From: Alphaproteobacteria bacterium
GTDB taxonomy: Bacteria > Pseudomonadota > Alphaproteobacteria > UBA6615
Direction of reading: 5' to 3'
Assembly (NCBI GenBank): GCA_965261975.1
Contig: CBDHEC010000047.1
Location: 32,001-96,000, forward strand
DNA: 64,000 nt
Shown here: in pieces, positions 43,443 through 52,770 of the stretch
Position numbering within the stretch: position 1 is the stretch's first letter
Layout: each line of letters starts with the position of its first letter
Notes under the pieces: generated by a model
What the model was told of the DNA's origin: nothing
Database searches by the model: none
Seen by the model: the letters and a program-made list of their open reading frames with translations, nothing else
Position numbers and translations under genes: made by a program

Positions 43443-44930
43443 CTACTCGACGACCACTTTCACGACTTGCCCCGGGACCGGTTCCTGTCCAGGCTTCATG
43501 CCGTTGAGAACGCGGAACCATTCGTCCTTTGGGCCCTGCATGGGTATGTTGCGTGACAGGCGTGCGACCGTATCGTTGCGTCGGACAACGCGCATTTCGA
43601 TCCGCCACGGACCGTAGCGGGCTCTGTCGGCGGCTGTCAGCTTCCGGAAGCTGAATGTGGTGCGCCGCAGCTCCTTGCTGAGGGCCGCTGTTTGCGACGG
43701 GCGCGTAAGGAACATGAACCTGTAGATGTTGTTGGGATCATGACGAATCGCGATCAGCCGCGCATCGAAGCTGCCGGTTCGATTGCGGATCTGGGTGCGT
43801 CCGGTCGCAGCCTGCATGCCATTGATGGTGATGGTTTCGACGTCTGCGAGGGGTGTGTTTTTCGACCACACCCGGGTGAGGTAGGTCGCCATGTTGCCGC
43901 GGTGGGGAATTTTGCCGCCGCTGAACAGAATCAGAGAATCGTTCGGCCCTCGTGCAGTAACCTGTCGGGCCCCATTGAACAGTTTGAAGCCTTGCGGCAC
44001 CTCGAACATGAAGTTTCCGGGCTCGTGCACGAAGCGGCGATCACGGACAAAGCCTTCGGCTTCGGAATCCCCGAAAACGATCCCGTCGATCGCCGCGAGA
44101 TATTCACGTTCGCCGGTTTTCGGATTGGTGACGGGCTGGACGTTGGCCGCCCGGATGGCCGCGTTCACCCGGTCACCGGTGCGAGGATGGGTGGACATGA
44201 TATTGTAGCGCGAGGCCGGGTCCGGCAGGCCGCTGACCTTGGCCTCAAGCGCGCTGAAGGCTTCAAGCGACGACAGGAAGGATGCCATGGCGCCGGTTTC
44301 GTAGCCGGTGCGCGAGAGATAGCGTACCCCGAGCGTATCCGCTTCGAATTCATGTTCGCGCGAGAAACCCTGCAGGTACACGCCGGCGCTCTGGCCGACG
44401 GCATCCCCGACCGCCGTCGTCCCAAGAAATACTGAACTCAGGATGCTCACGCCTACCGTACCGATTCCGGCAAGAACCGACTGGCTGTGGCGCTGTGCGG
44501 AATGGCGCCCGGTGATATGGCCGATCTCGTGACCCAGGACGCCGGCCAGTTCCGCTTCGGTATTCGCCAGTCCCAAGAGGCCCCTCGAGATGTAAACAAA
44601 GCCGCCAGGCAGGGCGAATGCATTGACGATGTCGTCGTCCAGCACCGTGAAGGTGAAATCGAGATCGGGCAGCTCTGAGACCTGCGCGAGGCTCTGCCCA
44701 ATGCGATTTACATAGGCGGTCACCTTGGGGTCGTTGTACACGCCACCGAACTGCTGGATGATCTGAGGGTGCTGTTCGCGCCCGATTTCCAGCTCTTCTT
44801 CGGGCGACATAAAGGCGGTGAAGTTACGTTCGCCTGTGGCCGGATTGACCGAACAGGCGGCCAGGAACAGCGTTGCCGCCGCGAGGACCAACCGGGTTGC
44901 GCGCGTTTTCTGGCGGGGGTGCTTTGTCAT
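43443..44930 (-). CDS. M48-family metalloprotease lipoprotein with LysM-like C-terminus
   Basis: LAAC lipobox, NAFALPGG, HEIGH, E.EAD, STHP. Confidence 0.9.
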   Translation of the reverse strand: MTKHPRQKTRATRLVLAAATLFLAACSVNPATGERNFTAFMSPEEELEIGREQHPQIIQQFGGVYNDPKVTAYVNRIGQSLAQVSELPDLDFTFTVLDDDIVNAFALPGGFVYISRGLLGLANTEAELAGVLGHEIGHITGRHSAQRHSQSVLAGIGTVGVSILSSVFLGTTAVGDAVGQSAGVYLQGFSREHEFEADTLGVRYLSRTGYETGAMASFLSSLEAFSALEAKVSGLPDPASRYNIMSTHPRTGDRVNAAIRAANVQPVTNPKTGEREYLAAIDGIVFGDSEAEGFVRDRRFVHEPGNFMFEVPQGFKLFNGARQVTARGPNDSLILFSGGKIPHRGNMATYLTRVWSKNTPLADVETITINGMQAATGRTQIRNRTGSFDARLIAIRHDPNNIYRFMFLTRPSQTAALSKELRRTTFSFRKLTAADRARYGPWRIEMRVVRRNDTVARLSRNIPMQGPKDEWFRVLNGMKPGQEPVPGQVVKVVVE

Positions 44931-45727
44931 TTCGACAGAACCTCTACTTGCTCCGGGTGGGTAACGTCGATCATCGGGCCGTTCCGTGATTTTAGCCAAC
45001 CCCGCACACGGATTCGACGCCCAAGATAGTCATCGGGTGAAATTCCAATGTCTTCGAAGCGCCACCAATCGCGCGCCGCGATCGAGACCGTGAAATCGCT
45101 TCGCCAATCGGATCCGTAGTTGAGAAATGTCCGACCCCGGACAACCGCGACATCCATCACCCGTCCTTCCACAAGCGCGTACTGGTCGAGATGCCGCGTG
45201 CTGGCTTCGGGGTCGAGCACGCCGTAGTAGGGGTGTGACCAGATTCCCCGACCCGTCTCGCGCGACGCGCGTTCATGTACCAGCATTTCGCGGACCAGCG
45301 CGCGGTTGTCGGGGAAACTGTAGACCCGCGCGAATCCCGAGGTCAGCAGTGCGGCCTGGATCCACGTCCCGTCTTCGGTAAACAGATGGGCGAGCAACCG
45401 GCCGTGCCGGTCGATATTCTGTCCGCCAAACCCGAGCGACACGCGGCGATTGAGAACCAGGTCCTCGAGGGCGGACTTGGCTTTGTCGGCCAGCGGCCAT
45501 TTTTTGAATCCGGGACGGCCGAGCGGCAGTTTCGGGGCCTGTATTCCGACCAGCCGGACCTGGCGGCCGTCGTCAAGAATGACAGTATCCCCATCGACCA
45601 CGGCGACCACCCGTGCCGCGCCACCATTCTGCAGGGCGTCGGGCATCTGCGCGTCGGCGAGGCCGGGCCCGGCTGCGGCGCCGACAAGGATCACCGCGAT
45701 CACGAGAAGAGTGCGGATGGTTGCCAT
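44927..45727 (-). CDS. Thermonuclease (SNase) family exported protein
   Basis: VVDGDT, VRLVGIQAP, DRHGRLLAH, GRGIW. Confidence 0.9.
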   Translation of the reverse strand: MATIRTLLVIAVILVGAAAGPGLADAQMPDALQNGGAARVVAVVDGDTVILDDGRQVRLVGIQAPKLPLGRPGFKKWPLADKAKSALEDLVLNRRVSLGFGGQNIDRHGRLLAHLFTEDGTWIQAALLTSGFARVYSFPDNRALVREMLVHERASRETGRGIWSHPYYGVLDPEASTRHLDQYALVEGRVMDVAVVRGRTFLNYGSDWRSDFTVSIAARDWWRFEDIGISPDDYLGRRIRVRGWLKSRNGPMIDVTHPEQVEVLSK

Positions 45728-45856
45728 GAGCGAATTATAGCGTTTGATTGGAGCGCGTGTGTGGTGGCTTTGCGGCGCGAAGGCGGCCGCGGGTCCGGTT
45801 GACATATGGGTTCGGGCACGTCCACATGCCGCGGCCCGGCGACAGGAGAGTTTGTT

Positions 45857-46804
45857 TTGCGTACGGATTTGTTCCCAGTTATCGACGCCCGTGAAAGCGG
45901 CATGCTCGACCTGGACGGTACCCACGCGATGTATTGGGAGGAGTGCGGGAACCCGGATGGGGTCCCGATACTATTTCTGCATGGCGGGCCCGGCGCGGGC
46001 ACAATGTCCGTGCATCGCCGGTTCTACGATCCGGAATATTATCGGATCATACTATGTGATCAGCGCGGGGCCGGCCGATCAACGCCGTATGCCAGCCTGA
46101 TCGATAACACGACCCAACACCTCTTGGCCGACCTTGAGACATTGCGCGTCCATCGGGATATCGAACAATGGCATCTTTTCGGCGGTTCATGGGGTTCCAC
46201 CCTGGCACTCGCTTATGCGCAGGCTCATCCGCAACATTGTCTGGGCATGGTGCTGCGCGGAATATTCACCTGCGCGCCCCGGGAAGTCGCCTGGTTCCTT
46301 GAGGGTATGGGACGGGTCTTTCCCGAAGCGTGGCATGATTTTTCGCAAACCATCCCCGAGGCGGAACGCGGTGATTTGTTGCAAGCATATGTGCGGCGTT
46401 TGAATGACCCCGACCCGGAGGTTCATCTGCCCGCTGCGCGCGCCTGGGCGACATATGAAGCCCGTTGCTCCACCCTTCGGCCGAACCCGGATGCGGTAGC
46501 GGCAATGTCCGATGCGCAAGGCATGCTCGCGCTGGCCCGTATTGAGGCACATTATCTCGCCCATGGCGCATTCCTCACTCCGGAACAGCTTTTCGACGGT
46601 GTCGAGAGGATTCGCCATCTGCCCGCCACGATTGTTCAGGGCCGCTACGATATGGTGTGTCCTATCGAGACGGCGGAGCGGCTTGCGCGGGCATGGCCCG
46701 AGGCTGAGTATACGATTGTGCCGGATGCCGGGCATTCGGCCCTGGAGCCGGGCACCCGCGCGGCGCTGATGCGCGCGGTGGAAGGTCTCAAGGAACTCAC
46801 ATAA
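45857..46804 (+). CDS. pip: Proline iminopeptidase
   Basis: LHGGPG, DQRGAGRS, GGSWGS, VQGRYD, AGHSA; TTG start after AGGAG. Confidence 0.95.
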   Translation: MRTDLFPVIDARESGMLDLDGTHAMYWEECGNPDGVPILFLHGGPGAGTMSVHRRFYDPEYYRIILCDQRGAGRSTPYASLIDNTTQHLLADLETLRVHRDIEQWHLFGGSWGSTLALAYAQAHPQHCLGMVLRGIFTCAPREVAWFLEGMGRVFPEAWHDFSQTIPEAERGDLLQAYVRRLNDPDPEVHLPAARAWATYEARCSTLRPNPDAVAAMSDAQGMLALARIEAHYLAHGAFLTPEQLFDGVERIRHLPATIVQGRYDMVCPIETAERLARAWPEAEYTIVPDAGHSALEPGTRAALMRAVEGLKELT

Positions 46805-46888
46805 GCTTGTCGATCGGGAGTTTTCGTCGGCCTCATGATCTCGTATGATGGCTGGCACGCGGGCTGGTTCCTGCGATCGATACAGGGG

Positions 46889-47401
46889 GTGAAAGTGCGC
46901 AATCTAACAATCATGCTGGCGGCGGCAATGATGGCCGTTGTATTCACGACCCCCGCGGCGCAAGCCGATGACCCTGATTTCCTGGCAATCGGCGGCGGCT
47001 GGTATGACTGGAATGACGATAAGGACGCGTTCGATTTTCGCGCGGAGTATCGTTCCGGGTACAAGCTGGCCGGGCTGGTGAAGCCCTGGGTCGGTATCGA
47101 GGCCACCAGCGATCAGGCAATCTACGGCGTGGGCGGAATTCTCCTCGACCTCTATTTTGGTCGCCGCTGGGTCTTTACCCCGAGCTTCGGTGCAGGATTT
47201 TACGCCGACGGCAGTGGCAAGGACCTTGGCCATACGATCGAGTTTCGCTCGCAGCTTGAGTTCGGCTATCGCTTCGATGACCGCTCTCGCCTGTCACTAG
47301 CGGTGAGCCATATCTCGAATGCGAGCCTGGGCGACAGTAATCCGGGCACCGAGATCGCCACCATCTACTATCACATCCCCTTCTCGGAAATTCTCGACTA
47401 G
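46889..47401 (+). CDS. PagL-like outer-membrane acyloxyacyl hydrolase
   Basis: Signal peptide, beta-strands, EFRSQLE.GY, HISNA...NPG. Confidence 0.8.
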   Translation: MKVRNLTIMLAAAMMAVVFTTPAAQADDPDFLAIGGGWYDWNDDKDAFDFRAEYRSGYKLAGLVKPWVGIEATSDQAIYGVGGILLDLYFGRRWVFTPSFGAGFYADGSGKDLGHTIEFRSQLEFGYRFDDRSRLSLAVSHISNASLGDSNPGTEIATIYYHIPFSEILD

Positions 47402-47421
47402 CTGCCACGGGCACGCCGACC

Positions 47422-48207
47422 ATGGTTGAAAAGGGTGGCGCGTTGATCACGGGAGCAGCGCGACGGATCGGGCGTTGTCTGGCCGAGACCCTTGCCGCCG
47501 GGGGCTGGCATGTTGTCGTCCATCACAATCAATCGACAGGTGACGCGGATGACGTGGTTCATCGGATCACCGAAGCCGGCGGTCGCGCTGTCGCGGTGGC
47601 GGCCGATTTATCGAATCCCACGGCGTGTAATGGATTGATCGATGAGGCCCGCGAGCTGACGGGTGGGCTGGGGTGTCTGATCAACAATGCGTCGCTGTTT
47701 GTCGAAGACACGGCGCGAGATATCGATGCCGAAACCTTCGATCGTGTCATGGCGGTCAATCTGCGCGCACCGGCGATCCTGTCACGCGCGTTTGCCGAGC
47801 AGGTGCCGGATGATGGCGAGGCTGTGATCATCAATATCCTGGATCAGAAGCTCGTGAACCCCAATCCGGATTTCCTCTCATACACATTGTCGAAGCACGG
47901 ATTGTCGGTGCTCACGGAAATGATGGCGGCATCTCTGGGCCCGGCGGTCCGGGTCTGTGCCGTCGCGCCGGGCCTCACCTTGCCGAGCGGAGAACAGCCG
48001 CAATCCCAATTCGATGCCGTTCATGGCCGCACCCCGCTGGCGCGGGGCTCTCAGCCCGAGGACATCGCGGGTGCTGTGCTGTACCTGTTGGGCGCGCGGG
48101 CGGTCACGGGGGAGACAATCCTGGTCGATGGGGGACAACATTTGGTGCCGAGCGCACGTGACGTTATGTTCCTCGACCCGAGCCCTTCAAAGGATACTGG
48201 TGCATGA
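47422..48207 (+). CDS. Pteridine reductase/FolM-like SDR
   Basis: TGAARRIG, NNAS, NILDQ, YTLSK. Confidence 0.85.
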   Translation: MVEKGGALITGAARRIGRCLAETLAAGGWHVVVHHNQSTGDADDVVHRITEAGGRAVAVAADLSNPTACNGLIDEARELTGGLGCLINNASLFVEDTARDIDAETFDRVMAVNLRAPAILSRAFAEQVPDDGEAVIINILDQKLVNPNPDFLSYTLSKHGLSVLTEMMAASLGPAVRVCAVAPGLTLPSGEQPQSQFDAVHGRTPLARGSQPEDIAGAVLYLLGARAVTGETILVDGGQHLVPSARDVMFLDPSPSKDTGA

Positions 48208-48632
48208 GCATGCCCGTGAGCGATATGGCGGTCACCGACCCTGTGGAACAACGCTTGCTCGATCGGTGGCCCGAGGTGCGCAAGATTTTCTTCCGCAATC
48301 TCCTCGTGGACATGCACATGGGCGTGCACGCGCATGAAAAAGGACGCACCCAACCCGTCCGGATCAATATGGTTCTGTATCTGCGCGCCGACATCGTCCC
48401 GAAAACGGATTCGATCGCAGAAGTTTTCAACTACGACCGCATCCATGGCGGGGTCCAGGATCTGATCGAGGGTCGCCACATTAATCTCCAGGAGACCCTC
48501 GTCGGTGAGATTGCGGCCATGTGCCTTGGTTTCGATGAAGTCCTCGCTGTCCGTGTGTCCACGGAGAAGACGGACATTTATCCCGATTGTGACGGGGTCG
48601 GATACGAGTTGGTGCGCGTGCGGGAAACTTGA
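48204..48632 (+). CDS. folB: Dihydroneopterin aldolase family protein
   Basis: GVHAHEK...QPV, FNYD, INLQETL, EK.DIY. Confidence 0.8.
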   Translation: MSMPVSDMAVTDPVEQRLLDRWPEVRKIFFRNLLVDMHMGVHAHEKGRTQPVRINMVLYLRADIVPKTDSIAEVFNYDRIHGGVQDLIEGRHINLQETLVGEIAAMCLGFDEVLAVRVSTEKTDIYPDCDGVGYELVRVRET

Positions 48633-48689
48633 TCCCGACCCGCGAAACGAAGCGCGCATCGTTGGGGTGTGCATGACAGGGAGACAGAC

Positions 48690-49586
48690 ATGAGCCTCGA
48701 TTGGCCGACAGATCGCATCGATTTCAATCCCATCCATGGCCGCGCGCCGTTGCCCCTGCCGGAGGGACGCAAGGTCGTCGTCTGGCCTTGCATCAATGTC
48801 GAGAACTGGGTGATCGAGAGCCCGATGCCGCGCACGGTGGTCAATCCGCCGGGCGGGGTTGAGAAATCAGTGCCGGATATTCCCAACTGGGCCTGGCACG
48901 AATATGGCCAGCGGGTCGGTTTCTGGCGCCTCAAGCGAATCTTCGATGAATTCGGCGCGAAGTCGACGCTCGTCCTCAATGGCACCGTTTGTGACGTGTA
49001 TCCGCAGATCGTCGATGCCGCCCTCGAGTCCGGCTGGGACCTTTGCGGCCATGGCTGGATTCAACGCGCCCTGCCGGCGGTCGAGGACCAGGAGGATATG
49101 ATCCACCGGGTATTCAAGAAGCTGAAGGAATATTCGGGCCGAGACCCGAAAGGGTGGTTGGGGCCGGCCCTGGCCGAGACCCATGACACGGTGGACTGGC
49201 TGCATGAGGCGGGTTTCGAGTATGTCGCCGACTGGGTGCTCGATGACCAGCCGGTCGACCTGCGGACCACGTCGGGTACCCTGGTTGGCTTGCCGTATAC
49301 CCAGGAGCTGAACGATCTGGCGATGCAATTGATCCAGGGTCACCGGGCTCAGGAATATGGCGACCGCGCGATTCGCGAGTTCGACCAGCTGATCGAGGAT
49401 GCCACCGCCGAACCGGGATCGACCCGGATCATGTGCTTCACCCTGCATCCCTACATCATGGGGGTGCCCCATCGCGCCCGTGAAATCCGGCGTATCCTGG
49501 AGCATGTCTGCAACCGCGACGATACGTTCGTGTGGACAGGCGAAGAGATTCTCGACTGGTACAAGTCGGTCCGCCCGTCCCAGTAG
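48690..49586 (+). CDS. Polysaccharide deacetylase family (PuuE-like) protein
   Basis: PDIPNWAWHEYG.RVG.WR, GHG, GWLGP, DW..DDQP, LHPYIMG.PHR. Confidence 0.85.
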   Translation: MSLDWPTDRIDFNPIHGRAPLPLPEGRKVVVWPCINVENWVIESPMPRTVVNPPGGVEKSVPDIPNWAWHEYGQRVGFWRLKRIFDEFGAKSTLVLNGTVCDVYPQIVDAALESGWDLCGHGWIQRALPAVEDQEDMIHRVFKKLKEYSGRDPKGWLGPALAETHDTVDWLHEAGFEYVADWVLDDQPVDLRTTSGTLVGLPYTQELNDLAMQLIQGHRAQEYGDRAIREFDQLIEDATAEPGSTRIMCFTLHPYIMGVPHRAREIRRILEHVCNRDDTFVWTGEEILDWYKSVRPSQ

Positions 49587-49589
49587 CCC

Positions 49590-49770
49590 GCCGGGTCAGT
49601 CGGGCCGAACCAGGTTTGTGAGGAACGTGCCCGATTCGACCCTTTGACGAGTGGGCCCGGGGAGAGACTGGCTCTCGACGGGACCGGCGCGTCATACGGA
49701 ACACGTCCAATCTTCGGCGCAAATCCTGGTTGCCGAATTTGAGGGACCGGCTGCGTGTTTCCGTACCACC
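49590..49770 (-). ncRNA. Candidate sigmaE-dependent small RNA (ends approximate)
   Basis: Lies directly downstream of a perfect TGATCC-N16-CGTA promoter; no credible ORF; stem-loops with CU-rich loops. Confidence 0.45.
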
Positions 49771-49771
49771 T

Positions 49772-49799
49772 TGTACGACCGCCCTTTGTGTTTGGATCA
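49772..49799 (-). promoter_or_regulatory. sigmaE-type promoter pointing into an ORF-less region
   Basis: Minus strand TGATCC-N16-CGTACA. Confidence 0.7.
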
Positions 49800-49839
49800 C
49801 AACGGGGCCGCCGATCGTGCTGTTGAGGTTCCGCGTGCT

Positions 49840-49867
49840 TGATCCGTCGCGGCGTCGAGCACGTAGA
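49840..49867 (+). promoter_or_regulatory. sigmaE-type promoter of the SDR gene
   Basis: TGATCC-N16-CGTAGA. Confidence 0.78.
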
Positions 49868-49900
49868 AAGAGGCAATAGCGTCGATCGGAAAAGGGTCAA

Positions 49901-50680
49901 TTGATGTCGGTGAGTAAGCCTCGAATCGCGTGGGTCACGGGCGCGAGCCGTGGAATCGGCCATGCGGTGGCGCTGGAACTGGCGCGGGAAGGCTGGACCG
50001 TCGCTGCCAGTGCGCGAAGCGTTGCGGATATCGAGGCTCTCGCGGCGGCGTGTGCCGAATTTCCCGGGGCCGTCCAGCCGTTTCCGCTCGACATCACTGA
50101 CGAAAATGCGGCGCGAGAAACTGTCCGCGAGATTGAAAATCGGCTCGGGCCGATCGACCTCGCGGTCCTCAATGCCGGTACCCATGAACCGGTGGATGGC
50201 CGCGCCATCTCGGTGGCGCCATTCCGTCGTCTTATGGAGATCAATTACATGGGAACGGTGAATTGCCTGGCGCCCGTCGCCGAACGGTTCGTGGCGCGGC
50301 GCGCCGGCCGCATCGCCGTTGTGGCCTCGCTTGCCGGTTACCGTGGGCTTCCGACGGCCAGCGCCTACGGGGCGTCCAAGGCGGCGCTAATCAATATGTG
50401 TGAGGCGTTGCGGCCGGAGCTTCGGGCCGCCGACGTTCTTCTGTCTGTGGTCACACCCGGTTTTGTGCGGACACCCCTGACCGATCGGAACCCGTTCCCG
50501 ATGCCGTTCCTGATCGATGCGGACACTGCCGCGCGGCGCATCGTGCGGGGCCTCGCCACGTCCCGGTTCGAGATCACTTTCCCGCGGCGGTTCTCATATC
50601 TGATGAAGCTGCTGAGGGTCTTGCCCTACATGCTCTATTTCGCGGTGACGCGTCGGGCATTGCCGAAAAGCGAAACCTGA
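49901..50680 (+). CDS. SDR oxidoreductase of the type found with cfa/DUF1365 operons
   Basis: WVTGASRGIG, LNAG, YGASK, PGFVRTPLTDRN.F.MPF. Confidence 0.9.
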   Translation: MMSVSKPRIAWVTGASRGIGHAVALELAREGWTVAASARSVADIEALAAACAEFPGAVQPFPLDITDENAARETVREIENRLGPIDLAVLNAGTHEPVDGRAISVAPFRRLMEINYMGTVNCLAPVAERFVARRAGRIAVVASLAGYRGLPTASAYGASKAALINMCEALRPELRAADVLLSVVTPGFVRTPLTDRNPFPMPFLIDADTAARRIVRGLATSRFEITFPRRFSYLMKLLRVLPYMLYFAVTRRALPKSET

Positions 50681-50693
50681 CGGCCCGGCTTTT

Positions 50694-51956
50694 CTAGCCC
50701 GCGGACGTTATCCGGTACTGGGCGACGGAGATATTTCCGGCGCGGAACCCGGCCTCGCAATAGCAAAGATAATAGCGCCACAAGCGGCGGAAAGTTTCGT
50801 CGAAACCCTGGGCGGCGATCGTCGGCCAGGCGGCCTCGAAGGAAAGCCGCCACAGGCGCAGTGTCTCGGCGTAATCCCGCCCGAATGTTCGGTTGTCCGA
50901 GATTTCCAGGCCCGCGTCGGATATTCCCTGTGCGAACCGTGTCGGGGAGGGCAACATGCCGCCGGGAAACACCCGAAGCTGGATGAAGTCGGGCGTGCGG
51001 CGATAGGCTTCGAACCGCGCTTCGTCGATCGTGATCACCTGCATACCGGCGATACCGCCGGGCCGGAGCCGTGCGCTGACCACGTCGAAGAAGGCCGGCC
51101 AGTAGGCCTCGCCGACCGCTTCGAACATTTCGATCGATGCGATCTTGTCGAACGTTCCCGACACATCGCGATAATCTTGCAAACGAACCTCGATCCGGTC
51201 GCTCAGGCCGGCATCGGAGATTTTCTGGCGCGCCCATGCGGCCTGTGATGGCGACACGGTCAGTGCGGTGACGCGACAGCCGTATTGCGTGGCCACATGG
51301 ATCGCAAACGCGCCCCAGCCGCAGCCGATTTCGAGCATGTGATCGCCGGGCTGGAGGTCCAGCATTTCCGCCAGCTGATCGAACTTGCGAATTTGTGCCG
51401 CGGTCACGGCCGTGCCCGAGCTGTTGCTGCCGGCATCGTGCCCGGCGTCGAAACAGGCGGACGAATAGGTCATGCTGGGGTCCAGCCATGCCGCGTAGAA
51501 TTCATTGCCCAGATCGTAATGGGCGGCGATGTTCCGTCGGCTGCCTCTGCGCGTATTGGACCGCAACCGCAGGTGCAGGCGACCGAGCATTCGTGCGGCG
51601 CCCATGGGCGAAAAATGGTCGCTCAATGCATCGAGATTCTTGGCGCCCAGCTCGATCACGGCCGTGAGATCGTCGCTCTCCCAATCGCCGGCGACATATG
51701 AATCCGCGAGTCCCAATGCACCGTCAAACAGGATGTGACGGGCGATGGTGTAGCGGTTGATCTTGATGGCGGCATCGGGGCCGTCGATGGGTCCCGTGGC
51801 ACGGACGCGGCGTCCGTCGGGCAGTTCGATCGAGAGTTTTCCGGCCAACAGCTTCTCGGACAGGCGGTTCAGCGTGCTGGTCAGGAGGCGGGGGCCGATG
51901 GCGAGGCCGCGCGAACGGGGTTGAAGCGGAAAATCAGTCTGCGCGAACTGCGACAT
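50694..51956 (-). CDS. Cyclopropane-fatty-acid-synthase-like methyltransferase (UfaM/CfaS-like)
   Basis: NIAAHYDLGNEFY, MTYS, LEIGCGWG, SIEMFEAVG, YLCYCEAGF. Confidence 0.92.
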   Translation of the reverse strand: MSQFAQTDFPLQPRSRGLAIGPRLLTSTLNRLSEKLLAGKLSIELPDGRRVRATGPIDGPDAAIKINRYTIARHILFDGALGLADSYVAGDWESDDLTAVIELGAKNLDALSDHFSPMGAARMLGRLHLRLRSNTRRGSRRNIAAHYDLGNEFYAAWLDPSMTYSSACFDAGHDAGSNSSGTAVTAAQIRKFDQLAEMLDLQPGDHMLEIGCGWGAFAIHVATQYGCRVTALTVSPSQAAWARQKISDAGLSDRIEVRLQDYRDVSGTFDKIASIEMFEAVGEAYWPAFFDVVSARLRPGGIAGMQVITIDEARFEAYRRTPDFIQLRVFPGGMLPSPTRFAQGISDAGLEISDNRTFGRDYAETLRLWRLSFEAAWPTIAAQGFDETFRRLWRYYLCYCEAGFRAGNISVAQYRITSAG

Positions 51957-52770
51957 GGGAAAACTTCCTCGGATCGACAACGATCGACACCGGGTTTGCG
52001 GGCGGTGCTGTGTGGCGGACGAGCGGCGTGCGTTTAAGCCACAAACGCAGCGCGTCCCAATGGATACTGGCGATCACTTTGAGGGTCAAAAGCGGGTAGC
52101 GCAAGATGGTCGAGGCAAGGAATTTATCGTTCAGTTCGACCCGTCGTGCGTGCAGGGTCGCGGCCAGCAATGGTCCGTCCCGGTCGCTTTCGCGAATGAC
52201 GATGCTGACATCCGCACCAGGCGGTCGCAGCGTGATGTCATAGCGGCAATCCATCGGAATGAATGGCGAGACATGGAATACCTTGTCGAACCCGTGATGG
52301 AGGGTGGCGTCCGGGTCGTACGTACCGGTTTCTTCAGACTCATCGTTTCGTTGACCCACCAGATAGGTGTGGGATTCACCGAAGGTGTTTGCCACCTGAT
52401 ACAGCACCGCCGTCAATCGGTCGTCACGGTCATGGCAGAAATAGACGCTGAGAGGATTGAACGCATAGCCGAGGATGCGCGGCAGGCACAGGATGGATAC
52501 CCGCCCGCCCGTCGGATCGATGCCGGCTGCCGACAACTGGGTATCCACCCATGCGCGCAGATCACTGCCGTCGCGCGGCCCGTGGTCGCGGTCGTGGAAA
52601 CTGAACATTCCGGCCCTGTTGTGGGCAAAAAGCCGGGAGCCGCGGTCCAGATCATCGATCTCGTCCAGGTCGAGCAACAGATAGAAAACACCGTAGCGCA
52701 GTCGATGCGCGCGCGGCCGATGCCGGGCATGCACCACATGACCGGTAAAGGCTGTCGATCGTTGTGTCAT
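51934..52770 (-). CDS. DUF1365 protein (UfaO-like)
   Basis: H.R..P..H, PRILGYAFNPLSVYFC, V.NTFGE.H.Y, K.FHVSPF, IHW.ALRLWLK. Confidence 0.9.
   Translation of the reverse strand: MTQRSTAFTGHVVHARHRPRAHRLRYGVFYLLLDLDEIDDLDRGSRLFAHNRAGMFSFHDRDHGPRDGSDLRAWVDTQLSAAGIDPTGGRVSILCLPRILGYAFNPLSVYFCHDRDDRLTAVLYQVANTFGESHTYLVGQRNDESEETGTYDPDATLHHGFDKVFHVSPFIPMDCRYDITLRPPGADVSIVIRESDRDGPLLAATLHARRVELNDKFLASTILRYPLLTLKVIASIHWDALRLWLKRTPLVRHTAPPANPVSIVVDPRKFSHVAVRAD

Noticed and set aside
44927-45727. Nuclease plus nearby helicase as a defence system
   Set aside because: The nuclease has a signal peptide and is coupled to an M48 protease, and the helicase is a conserved housekeeping Suv3-like gene.
48630-48660. 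TGATCC upstream of the deacetylase gene as a sigmaE promoter
   Set aside because: There is no CGTA at the 16-nt spacing, and it overlaps the folB stop codon.
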